A stretch of DNA of 64,000 bases from the NCBI GenBank assembly GCA_002269645.1, contig NIVC01002920.1, positions 1 through 64,000 on the forward strand. Reading direction: 5' to 3'. The notes beneath the pieces were generated by a model, which was not told the DNA's origin, searched no databases, and was given only the letters and a program-made list of their open reading frames with translations. The DNA comes from Macrostomum lignano (Eukaryota). Numbering within the stretch: the first letter of the stretch is position 1; each line of letters starts with the position of its first letter. The position numbers were made by a program, and so were the translations under genes. Shown piece after piece: positions 49,095 to 61,475 of this stretch.

Positions 49095-51244
49095 CTGTTA
49101 ACTAAGTATATTAAAATCCATGTTAACATTCTAGAATATGCTAAGCTACTATGTAGAAACGGAGAAGGGCATAGATGAAGAGTATTATTGAGCGGTCTGA
49201 AGGCAAGTCCAGTTCCTAAAGAGGGACCTATCCAGTTAATCGATGTATAGCACGAGTTGAAAAGTGGTTAAAGCCTGCTCCAGCTAATCAGCTTGTATGT
49301 GCCATAAGTAATTTCCAGTACTGTATAGATTTGTCTATCGCTTCGCTTCGCTCGCCTCGAGACCATTATTTGCGACCTCTGACTTTCTGACCACAGAATG
49401 CGCATTATAAAGCTATTATCTTATACTTAAAACTCCCTTGGTTAATGCAACTGCACATGAAGATGCAATGAAGAAAATTAAGAAGCGCACCTAAAGCATT
49501 TCACCACCCTTTTACTTTATCGCCAAGAACATACCGGACTGTATTTTCAATAATTCTGCAGTCAAAATTTCAGACAATACAGCTTGTAGGAGTGTTTTTA
49601 CTACCTTTGGAAAGTGACCTTCCGCATTTCGATTTTGCGTAGTGAGCCATTTAGTTTTTGTCTGCGGTCCAGGTCGTTGCGGAGAGCAACTAAATTTTTT
49701 GCCAGAAAAACTAATGCGAAGCAGAGGCTTTGGTAAATGAAATGCCTGAGAAAGCGGTGCAGCCTTGTTTAGAACTCTGATTCTGCGTCCAGCATTGCTA
49801 TTGTCGCTTCAAGCTATTTTATGCATTCAGAGTTCATGTATGTACAGCAGAGACGAGTTTGAAGCAGAGAAGAGTGACGAAATTTATATTTTTTATATTT
49901 TTATCTTTGAGGTACATTATTTTACATCTGTCTTTTATTCTTACCATTTAGCATCATGGTCCTTGAAGAGACGATTTTCATCTTGAAAGCAACCTCAATA
50001 GCCGCTACCTTCGCTCCCCTGATCTTTAAGTGCAAATTACAGATGAGCAATGCTTTTGATTGTGCTCATGTTTGGTTTAGCTTTCTCGTAGTTCTGATAG
50101 CTAATTTCTCCACTTTAGAGTGGGTTTTCCTCTGAATCTGAAGTTAAATGGTAGAGTTGTTAATATACGAACTACATCCGTCCGTACGCGCGTGATCTCT
50201 CTAACCTTAAATTCTCTATATCTGTCTGGCCCTCCTATTCCCGCTGTATCCGCGTCTCTTCAGGACTTCTCTAGACTGTTAAAGTTTAACAAAAATGAGA
50301 AATTATTTCAAATCAGCCGGACTAGATAAGACCAGTCTAAGAAAAGGATGTGTTTAACAACAATGGTTGATGCCTTCAGCCTGGGAAACATCGTTTCAAG
50401 AGCGGACTGCTTGAATCCTATAAATTCTGCCAATTTTACAGGTACGAGTGCTCTAACAAGCAGACATTTAATCTCTTTGTCCGTCCTGTGGCTAAGTTTC
50501 TTAGAAACACAAAATCGCCGGAGAGGTGGTCTTGCGGCTCTCCAGGCTCGAATTTATATCCATCTATTCTAATAGATAGGCAAAACAGTACGGAGTGTTG
50601 ATAAAAAGCAAGCGTAGCACATATTATCTTTCTGTCATATCTAAAAATATTTGTTACGAATGATTGTGAAATATCTGCTTTTTTGACAGAAAGGAGACAG
50701 ATAAAGACGAGTAGTGGGTGCTACTTTTGCATATCCTTGTAAGTAGTATAAAAATACTGCTACATTTATGCAGCCAGCGCATTTAACTTGAAAGTGGGGC
50801 CAAATGCTCTATTATCTAGCTAACTATGGTGAGAGAAAAATATTTGAGATATGAGAGATGCAATTAAGGGAGGCTGTATGATTTGTTTAAAATATATAGT
50901 TCTGATTGATGAAGAGTTGACGTCACCAATAACAAAAAGTGCAAAGTTGGAACTTTGCAGTAGGTTTTACTCTTTTAAGCTCTTACTCTTTCGTATACGC
51001 TATTATATTCTGTTTACTAATATAAGTGTAACATGTGCATAGCCCTTTACATGAGATGTAATTCGGTGCAGTTACAATGCTTAAAAAACCGGCTACTTGG
51101 TATGAAAAATTCCACTTCAGTTTAGAAACTGAGGAGACTGGTGCATCTCCACATGCGATTGAAGTTATTCAGCTCAAATCATTTCGAATTTCAAAATATA
51201 TTAAGCAGCCCTTAATAGAGGGAAGCTTCTAAAAAGAAAATGGG

Positions 51245-52256
51245 TTAAAACATTGGTGGCACTGGGGAACTTAAACTTGATCTACGGGATCTACGGCATC
51301 CATCGCATTGACAATCCAACTCCGTCCTGAATGCTGTATGTGGTCTAGAAGATCTGGCTGTTTTGCTGTACTTCTTTTGCGGTGCGTGAAATAATTTTTT
51401 GACACCACCGCAAATTCGTGTTGCAGTCCCGATTATGGAGACCAGCTTTGCTTTACAAGCTTCGATTTCTTTCTTCTGCTCATCGGTTTGAGGCAACCCG
51501 AAATCTTGCGACTCCAGCTTCGGCGCTGCAGCAGGAGCAGCTTTCAAGCGGTCTGCGATGGCTTTGGCTTTTTTTAGCTCACCAGATCGAATGGAGGCTT
51601 TCAAGCCGTCTGCCTCAGCTCGACGGGAGGACCCGGCCGCTGCCTGCTCCAGCCTCTGCTCTGTGGTTCTCAGCAGCTCCTCCAGGCGCTTTTTTTCCAC
51701 ATCGATAAATTCGATAAGACTGCCGATCTGAGCTTTCCAAGGTTGCAGTGTAGCGCTGACTTTGTCGCATTCCTTCGCGTCTTTCTCCACAGATTTTAAC
51801 AGGTTGTCGCATTCAGTCTGGCAAGGCAAGCATTCCGTTTTATTAATTTTCGTATTAATACCTGCTAAATACTTCAGCTTAAATTACCTTAAACTGAATC
51901 CGATGTTCACCAAAGTGCAGATCGCAAACATTCAGGTCGCAGTGACCGCACTTGACAAAGACTGAGTTAGGGCACTGTTTTACCCGGCAGGTGGCGCCGG
52001 GCGGCGGTTTTGAGTGGAATTCTTTGACCAGCTTGGCCATGGCGGCGTGCTCCGTCGGTGTAGAAAGCGTCTCTCGGCACACCGGACACTTTGCGGGTCC
52101 GAAAAGGGACGTCTCCAAATGGCGTTTGTGGCATTTGCGGCACAGAGTGTGGTGGTTCGGGCACACGAAGCACGGATCAGTAAAGATTTTCATGCACACC
52201 GGGCACTTCAGGTCTTCGTCGTCTCTTGAGCTCATATCTAAAACTTCAGGGGTCAT
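51245..52256 (-). CDS. TRIM-like RING / B-box-like / coiled-coil protein, copy 5
   Basis: Exons (-) 52256-51888 and 51817-51245 (FK|TEC). Confidence 0.85.
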
Positions 52257-55200
52257 CTGTTAACTAAGTATTTTAAAATCCATGTTAACATTCTAGAATA
52301 TGCTAAGCTACTATGTAGAAACGGAAAAAGACATAGATTATGACTATTATTGAGCGGTCCGAAGGCGAGTCCAGTTCCTAAAGAAGGACCGAGCCAGTTG
52401 ACAGAAACCCTGGAGACACAAATTATCTCGTATCTAAGCTAGGTGCCACACATTACATGCTGACATGTTACATAAAATATTCTTTGATATGAGCTGTCCT
52501 TGACTTCGTCGTCAAGCAACCAAGTGATGATACCTGCCGAACAGTAACATGATTGGTCAAAAAACAGTGGGGTCAGTAGTAGTAGAGGTGAGTCTGTTGT
52601 AGACGAAAGTTGCGAAAGGCTTTGAGTTCTGGGGTTGATGTCTGTTCGAAGCAAACTTGCATGCATAAAAAATAAATTTTGAAGGGAGTTTAAACACAAT
52701 TAAAACTCCCTTCGTTGATGCAAATGTACATGGAGATCCAGTGATTTCAATGCAATGAATGGCACCTTGAGCATTTCAAGACATTTTAACTTCATTGCCA
52801 AGAGCATAACTGTATTGTCACTTATTGGCAAACAAAACTAAGTAACTGCGGTTGATACAGCTTGTAGAAATGTTATAGTTACCTTTTGAGAAGTGACGCT
52901 GTGTATTTGGGAGCAGCTGGGTTATTTGAGAAAAAACTTTAAAGGCGCAGCAGAAGCTGCGGTAAATAAAATATTTGAGAAGGCGAAGCAACCTTGTTAA
53001 GAATTCCGTTTATGCTTTTTTCATTTCAAGCTACTTTATGCATTTAGAGTTCATGAATGCACAGCGGAGACGAGTTGCAGTAGAGAAGTGTGACGAAATT
53101 TTTATTTTTGAGGTATTTTTTACACCTGTCTTTTATTCTTATCATTTAGCATTTTCGCTCCTGAACAAACGATTTTCACCTAACAACCAACCTGTAGCTG
53201 CTACATGTACTCCTCGCCTTCTAATCTTTGAGTGCAAATTACAGAGAAGCAATGCTTTTGATTGTGCTCATGTTTGGTTTATCTAGTTCTTTTAGCTTAT
53301 CTCTCCACTTTAGAATGGGCTCTTCTCTAAGCCTTAAGTTAAACGGGAGAGTTACGAGCTAGTTAATAACCAAGCTGAATTCGTTCGTACATCCGGTCTC
53401 TTCGACGTTTTATGCAGGGCCTCTTCTATTCTATCTATCCCTATCCCTATTCTATCTATACCCTGGTGTATACAGAAGGTTCGTGGAGTTTAGAGTTTTA
53501 GTTTCAAAATCAGTTGAGTGCAAATTGCCTACATACGAGTTGAATAAAAAAAATATGCTTAAAAAACTCCACTTCTAGTGCTTTGGCTTGTAAATTCAGT
53601 TGCAATGCAGATGCAATAAAAGTAATAAAAGAAGCCCTCTTTGGCATTTTACCACCTATAACTTCATTTCGAAGAGCAGTGTGACGTTGCTAGTTTAAGT
53701 GGTCCCGCAAAAGGGCCGTTGGACTATAGTTTCCCTTGCAATTTCTCATATTAATTTCTCCAATAGTTTATTTTAACGTTTACTTATAGTAGCGTGCAAA
53801 TAATCTGTATCAACTGCTAATTCACTGTGTATTTGGTAGGCCTTGCGCTCGTCTGTGAATTTTGGCACGATCGATTATTTCAAATTCTCTCGCCAGCCAA
53901 TGAAAACCGCTCGTGCTTCGCACTACCCCCCCCCCTCTGCGCTCCTTTATTAACCCTCGCCTGGCGGGCTGGGGGCTTCTCTCGTCCCTGTTTTTGTGTT
54001 CGCGTTCTCGTGCCTCTCTCCTCACTGCCTTGTGTGTTTTCTGCCTTGTGTTTTCCGTCTGGTTTGTCCAGCCTTGTCTAGCCTTGTTTTCCTTCTCTCT
54101 GTCTGGCTGCCTCGAGCCTCCTTATCTCACGCCACGGCTGACGCCAACCTCGCCACTGCTACTCACCGCCTCCACTGAGCTCATTGCCATTGCTCATCAC
54201 GTTACGTCGCCATTGCATCATTCGTCTGTCACTTGACTTCATATCCAATTTATCTTCAAAAACCATTGTTGCAGCCGCCAGTGCCCAGAAAGCTATAGTT
54301 TGTGTATTGACAGTAATAACCAAGCCTAATATTGATACTACCAATAAAAACAACTACGGAAGTTCCGGCTTTTATCGCCAAGTGCTCCGCTACAAAATCC
54401 GCTTTACAAGAGTTGACTTCAACTTATTTTGGGACTACGACTCACTACAACACTCGTCAAAACGGCCCTTTTAAGGGTCATAGCCATAGTTAGCCGCTAC
54501 GCCAACATAGTGACAAGCAGTATTGTCACTAAATTCGCAGATCAAATTAAATAATTTTGATTAATGAAGCTCGTAGGAGTTTCTTAACAATCTTTGAGAA
54601 GTAACGCTGTAGGCCAGTGATACACTTATTCCTGCGGCCCAAGTTGGTGCTGAGAGCAGATGGGTTAAATAGCTAGATACTTCTAATGGGAAGCAGAGGC
54701 TGAGGTAATTAAAATTCTTGAGAAGGCGGTGCAACCGTGCTGTTGTCGTTTCAGTTATTTTATGCATTCAGAGTACATGTGTTTACAGTGTGGAGACGAG
54801 TTGCAGCAGTGAAGGGTGACGAAATTTATGTTTTAACTGTGAGCTACTTTGTTTTACATCTGTCTTTTATTCTCACCGTTTAGCAGTTTAGCTTTGAAAA
54901 GACGATTTTACCTTACAACCTCTAGCTGAATGTATAGCTGAATGTATTTTTCCTTTTTATATTTTAGTACAATTTCATGGCAGAGATGCTTTTGGTTCTG
55001 CTTGCGTTTAGGTTAGCCAGTTCTCTTAGCTAATGTCTTCATGTCACGGTCGGGTCTTATCTGAACCTTAAGTTGAACAAGGGATTCAATTAATAAACGA
55101 GCTGCATCCGTCTGTACGCCTGATCAAACTCTTTGTCCTTGAATGCCGGCCCCTCTTGTCTCCTTGCAGCATCCGTCTCTTTAGGGCTATTTTAAGATAA

Positions 55201-56421
55201 CTTAAGTTCAACAAAAACAAGCAATAATGTCAAAGCAGCCAGACTAAAAAATCAGTGTTAGAAAAGGACGTGGATAGCAAACAAGGGTTGAGGATCTTTA
55301 TAAGCCTGAGAAGCCTCGTTTTAAGTACAGACTGCTTGGACCCGGGGAATTCTGTCAATTCTTACAGGTACGGGTGCTCATATATTATCTTTCTGTCATC
55401 TCTAAAAATATACTTTACAAATGATTGTGAAATATCTGCTTTGTCTTATTGACAGAAAGGAGACAGATAAGGATAAATAGTGGTGCTAGTTTCGCAGATC
55501 CTTCTAATTAGTACGTGTATGATTGTTACTACTGTATTTATGCAGCCAGCGCATATGACTCGAAAGTGGAGAAAATGATATGAGAAGTGAGAAATGTATT
55601 GAAGGAAGGTTCTATGGTTTTTATATAATTTATAGTTTTGATTAATGAAGAGTTGACGTCACCAATAAACTGTTGTTGACACCAAGGACTACTTTTGGAA
55701 CTTTGCATAACATTTTACTCTTCTAATATTTTACTGTTTTGTATAGACTATCATATTATCCGTATAGCCAAAACATACGCTCGTACATGTAAGCAAAATA
55801 AGCAAAGTTACTTCAAGGTATGAAGTAAGGACTAACATAAGTAGTGTTTTAGGTTACATGTGCACACTGCATCTCAAGTGCACCCTTACGCAATTCTGCT
55901 TTTGTCCAATGCAGCCTAAAAGAAGCTTAAGACAGAAAAGATTTCGAGATTAGCCTGGGATATAAGAACTTAAATCGAAACTGAAGTGCTTAACATCTGT
56001 CGTGTGAAACTTTGTTTACAAAGAATCATTCATATCGTGTTATATATGAAATATGAAAAATTAACCACCTGAGCATAAATAATTATTTTTCTGATTACTA
56101 TCAGTTCCATAGTAATGCCGATTATTCAAGCTTTTAGTCTCTATGCCACTAAAAAAGCAGTGTTAATCAGCGATAGAAAAAATGTGATACAAGTATTTTT
56201 CATGATACAAGCATTAGCGTTGAAATGAAAAAAGTAACTTTTTATTGTCACATTACGTGAAAACAATAAATAATAAGTTTTACAATACGTGCTGATTTGT
56301 TACTTCTTTTTTTGAAAGAAAAACACTGTTTTTAATCTCTTTTGCTCTCGCCCTTTTGCAACCAATATATCAAGCGCGCTGGACCATCGTGCAGTCGCCG
56401 GACAGCAGTGCATGTTGCCAG

Positions 56422-57335
56422 CTATATTTCATACATAGCCGCTGCATATATCGTATCATCTTCAAAATCATCACGACAGCTCACACCTCCGCAAATTCCT
56501 GTAGCGGTCCCGATTAAAATATCCAGATTTGCTTTACAAGCTTCTATTTCTTTTCTCTGCTCATCGGTTGGAGGCCACCCGAAATCTTGCGAGTCCAGCT
56601 CCGGTGCAGTGGCAGCAACTTTCAGTTGATCTGCGATGGCTTTGGCTTGCTGCAGTTGGCCAGATCGAAGGGAGGCTCGCAGGTCGTCTGCCTCAGCTCG
56701 GCGGGAGGACCCGGCCGCTGCCTGCTCCAGCCTCTGCTCTGTGGCTCTTAGCAGCTCTTTGAGGCGCTCTTTTTCTATATCGATAAATTCGATAAGACTT
56801 TTGATCTGAGCTTTCCAAGGCTGCAATTTAGCGCTGACTTGGTCACATTCCTTTGCATATTTCTCCACAGATTTTAACAGGTTCTCGCATTCAGTCTGGG
56901 GAGAGAATAGTTTCATTTCATTAATTTTCGTGTCAATACCTCCTGTACTTCAGCACAAATTACCTGAAACTTCAATCGATGATCGCAGAAGTGCAGATCG
57001 CAAAAATCCAGGTCGCAGTGACCGCATTTGACAAAGACTGAGTTGGAGCACCGGGATTTGCCTTCAAACACCTGGCAGGTGGCACCGGGCGGCGGTTTCG
57101 ACTTGAAATCCTGGACGAGCTTGGCCCTGATGGCATCCTGCTTAGGTTTGGAAAGCATCTCTCGGCACTCCGGACACTTTGCGGGTCCAAAAAGGGACAT
57201 GTCCGAAATGCGTTTGTAGCATTCGCGGCACAGCGTGTGGTGATTTGGGCACACGAAACACGGATCAGTAAAGATGTATTTGCACACTGGGCACAGCAGG
57301 TCTTCGTCGTCAGGTCGCTTTTGAGCTTCCATCAT
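56422..57335 (-). CDS. TRIM-like RING / B-box-like / coiled-coil protein, copy 6
   Basis: Exons (-) 57335-56964 and 56895-56422 (FQ|TEC); start MMEAQKRPDDEDLLCPVC. Confidence 0.85.
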
Positions 57336-60300
57336 GGACGAATAGCCAAGGGAGCTCACAGTTTCCAATAATAATTGGTGCAATTGCACTTTTTAGCTGT
57401 GCGACGATTACACTGTTAAGAAAAAAAATTTTGAGCTGACTTGTTTTATACCTTACTGTTTTCGTAATCAAAAATGACGTGCGAAATGTTTCGTTACATA
57501 TGAAAACCAGGCCAACCTTTAGTCTGTCAGCCATGCAACTCAGTTTTCTAAAGACTGCTTGAAGTCATATAAGAAAGGACGCTAAACAAAGTACATTTTA
57601 TGAAACCAACCAAAGTATTTTGATGCGAGCTATTAAAACCCCTTGATAATCTTTATTTTAGGACATTTTTCGAATCGCAGATAAGCTCTATCACTCTTCA
57701 ATCCAGAAAAATTCTATAATTAGGACTTTGATTTTTTATTTGTTTCAGAAAAGTAAATAAGAAAATTCTCAGTTTATAAAAAATGCAGCAGTAAGCATAA
57801 TGCAAAATTAGCTATGACAAAATGCCTATTCTTGTCTACACTAAATTTGACGCAGTGTAGCAAACTTTTGAAAATTTTTGCCTTTAGCAACTATTTTTTC
57901 AATAGATCCGCGTTAGTAGTATGTTTTGCTTTAAACTGCTTTTTTATCTAAGTTCAGTTGATGAGGACGCACTTTTTTCCAAATTTCACGCTCGCACATG
58001 GGTTCAAAACTTGCTAGCCTACTAACAGCATGCTATGGGCGTTTTTTTTCTTTTTCTTTTGTATTTTTTCTAGAATTCATCCTAGTAGGACTTCTGTAGC
58101 TATATTAATTTGCCATACTTGTAGTTATGATAACATAGGCGCGGTTTTTTGCTGCTTTTGGGTCATAAATCATTGCTTTTGAGCTGGTCTGACAGCCACC
58201 TGCGCCTCACTCAGTGCTGGGGCTGGCGCCAGATGATCTGAGAGGATGCGAATGGTAGCTTTTTTCTCATCATTTTGACAGTCCATCAAGATTTATGAGG
58301 TTAGGGCCTATTTTTCGTGTTCACTCAAGCGTGTGACAGCTATGCGTTTTACCCATAAAAGTACGTTGGGATTAGCGATTAGCGATTTATCTTCATTATC
58401 TTCACTTTCTACTTAATAAGAGCTTTCTAATGTATATTTTTTCATTAGTTTTTTTTCGATTCTACGCGGAAAGTCATAAATCATTTTGTTGCGATTTTTA
58501 TTGATTTATGGCCGCATCTGTCATATATTTACGACCCCGAGGGAACTGATAGGATCTCTTGGTCACGTGACTTTGGGTGGCAACAAGCTCAGCCGATCAG
58601 AAAATTCGACGTGCGTTGTAACAAATCGGCTCAGCCAATCAGAATGGAGGTGTTCCATTATAACTAATTGCGGTCCAGTTGGCGGCTTTGGCCGGCGTTT
58701 TTGGCCGGCGCGGACCTCAACTGGCTCGGAACTTCCTGCTACTTGCTCGGGCCCAGTACACGACCGTCGTTTCTTGATCCCCGGATTGCGACTTCCCCCA
58801 TCATCATCAAGGACGAGTCCCCCTGGTCGTCAGCAGTAAACATCAAAGTTAAGAGCATCACCTGCTAGCTATCAGCGAGGATTGGGACATCAGCATCATC
58901 CCGGGTCTACAGCTGCGAAGCACTAAGCCGATTCGGTCGCTGTGGATTACCTGGTCTCCGCCTGTTGAGTTTCTGATTGGTTGGGTGAGAGGCTACCTAG
59001 ACTTGCTTGATTTGGTGATTCCTTATCTGTCCCCTATTTCAGTAGCTGGATTAGGCGCACACTTTTGCTCATTTTATTTAGTAGTGCTGTTACTGAGGCA
59101 GAAATCATTCAATAATACTGATAGTAGTCTGAGACTCCAATTCAATCTGAAGTGTGAGAAGATCTAAGGAGAAGGAAGGAGAAGGAGAATCCGACAGTTA
59201 TTTTTATCGGTTTTATTTCTTTGTTCGCCGATGGCTCAGATGAGTAGCTAAGCTAGTAGGCGCCGGTCACAGTGGACCAATGGCAAGGCAGTTCTCAATC
59301 GATCAATCTATCAAATCAGTGAGCAAAACTGCCAGAAGTGCAGAATCGGCGCCAGAGATGTACTTTGTGCACTCTAGGTTCGCCAAGCGGCTCGGGTAAT
59401 GAATCATGCGGTCCCTGAAGTTGGAGTTGGCCTATCATCAGGGCTATGAGAGGCTGGTTGGCGCGTTGAAGGCCAAAAGTACAATTCTTTGTATTTAGCA
59501 ATGTAATAGTACATGTAGCTACCCCATAGTCTCGCCATTGCAAGAATCCCCTGCACAAGTCCCCTCTGTACCTGCATGGCCAATGCGATCTAGTCCCAGC
59601 AGTGTCCCTTAACATCGGCTATGACTTCGAGATTGACAGCAAAAAGACACTAGTTGGCAGGTAAGTGCAAAGCCCCCTCTAATCGGAAGCCCGATTTCGA
59701 GAGTCCCGGTGTGGTGAGCCAGGACGCACGGGCTGGTGGCAGCGAGTTAGCTTAGTCTGCGGATTAGCTAATTTCTACCTTCAAAATTCTCACTGCTTGT
59801 CTCTCGCTGTCCCTCTCTTAGCTATAGGACCTAGACTGCTCGCCACACGATCAAGCTACCATGGGGCTGACCATCTGACAGGAGTGGGGGGCCAGGACTC
59901 TAATTTATTTATTTCTGAGACCTAAGGCCCGAAGGCTTCCCCACAAGGGAGCTGAAAGGCCGAAACCCATCACAGCTAAAAATGTCCAAAAACGATTTTA
60001 TCGAAATGATTAAACCTAATTTTCGGTTAAAACCTAATTGTTCAAGTGAAACAGTGCTGTGCACGAGTTCATGGGCATGAAACTTTAACTTAACTTCTGC
60101 TAGTGTAATAATCTAGGGATTTCAGATATGGACTTATCAGGGACTTAGAATAATACGAGAATAAGGGTTTATGTTAAAACGTATCTAGACAAAAAATTCA
60201 TTGAACTCATAACTCGCTATTGTCATTAACTTTTCTTAGCTCAAGTGTCCCTTTTCGGGGTATCAATGAATGAAATTTCGTCTCAAATTTTCGTAGTCTA

Positions 60301-60494
60301 TGGTAAAACAAGTTCCAACCAAGTATGCTTTTATATTTTAAAAGAAATTATACTTTTATAGGATTATTATGATTTAGTTTTCTTCTACGCTTTCGTACTT
60401 TTATAATTTCGTAACAGTAACGCAACAATTTTCGGCTTGTTATTTTAGTTCATTCAATCAGACGACGTTTTACTTTTTCCAAGCTACTGATTAC

Positions 60495-60808
60495 CTTGTA
60501 TTTTTGGACCATGGACACCAGCATCCGATTGGCAGCGGTAAACACGGGATCTCCGATAATGTTTACCTCCTCACAGCGTCCGCCATCTGTCTTTCAGAGG
60601 ACTTCGGGATTCCTTCTCGTTCAATTTCTTTAAGTTCCTCGAGCGCATCTTCGCTTAGGTCCTGAATCTCTTCAGCGTCTAGTTGTCGAGCGAACTCGCC
60701 ACTCAATTCTTCCACATAGCGGGTTGCTGACTCTGACGACACCCAATGCAACTCCTCTGTTGACAGACCACTGATAAGTTGGTCGGGCAGATTCGCATAG
60801 TTCAACAT
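60495..60808 (-). mobile_element. Possible Crypton / DUF3504-type tyrosine-recombinase N-terminal fragment
   Basis: DLSEDALEELKEIEREGIPKSSERQMADAV, then frameshifted NIIGDPVFTAANRMLVSMVQKYK. These resemble the IPxNT and DPxF..sn motifs of Crypton-type proteins, with the intervening part missing. Recalled pattern only. Confidence 0.4.
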
Positions 60809-61475
60809 TCTTAGTCAGTAGTTGATTCGACAGACAGAACTTTCTAGAATCGTTGCTTCAAAACGCGGCTCCATAGCCCCGTCCTCTCGATTAATCCGAG
60901 TGGTTAGTCTATGGCACAAAGATTTGCCTATCCACCGAAAAAAAGCCTTCGACCATAGACTTTCTCAACTTTCTGCCTATCTCTAACATAGTGCCCGCAA
61001 ATTTCCACATTGTTACCCGCAAATTTCTTGCATTGATTAAGTTAGTGACAATCTTATTGACATAGAATTTTGCTAGTTGTCAATGCGGAATTATATGTTA
61101 ATGTTATATTGTTGCGACGCATGCATCATTCGGGGCTCAAGAATGATCATACAAGAAAAAGATATTATATGTTTTATGCTTTTAAAAAGCTCATTAAAAC
61201 AAATTTTAAAAAGCATCTTGTTCATGCTTTATAGAAGTTATAAATTCCTACTATATTATCAGGTTGAAATGTTGCATAATCATCATATTGGCATTTAATT
61301 TAATCGAACTATATTTTAAGCACGGCCGTGCTGATGCAAATTTCACACTGCAGGTAAAAATAGTTAAATAATTTCTTTCAAGTATTCCCTGGCTGCATTC
61401 GAAATGGCAGTTGTCATATATATCGAAGTTTCATTAGTTCGCATTGCTTTTGTCTTGTCTCTCTAGCCTCCATAG

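Noticed and set aside
58540-59900. LTR or LINE 5' region (CCAAT-like boxes, GC-rich segment)
   Set aside because: It looks TE-like, but no paired LTR, PBS, TSD or recognisable protein motif was found, so it is left unannotated.
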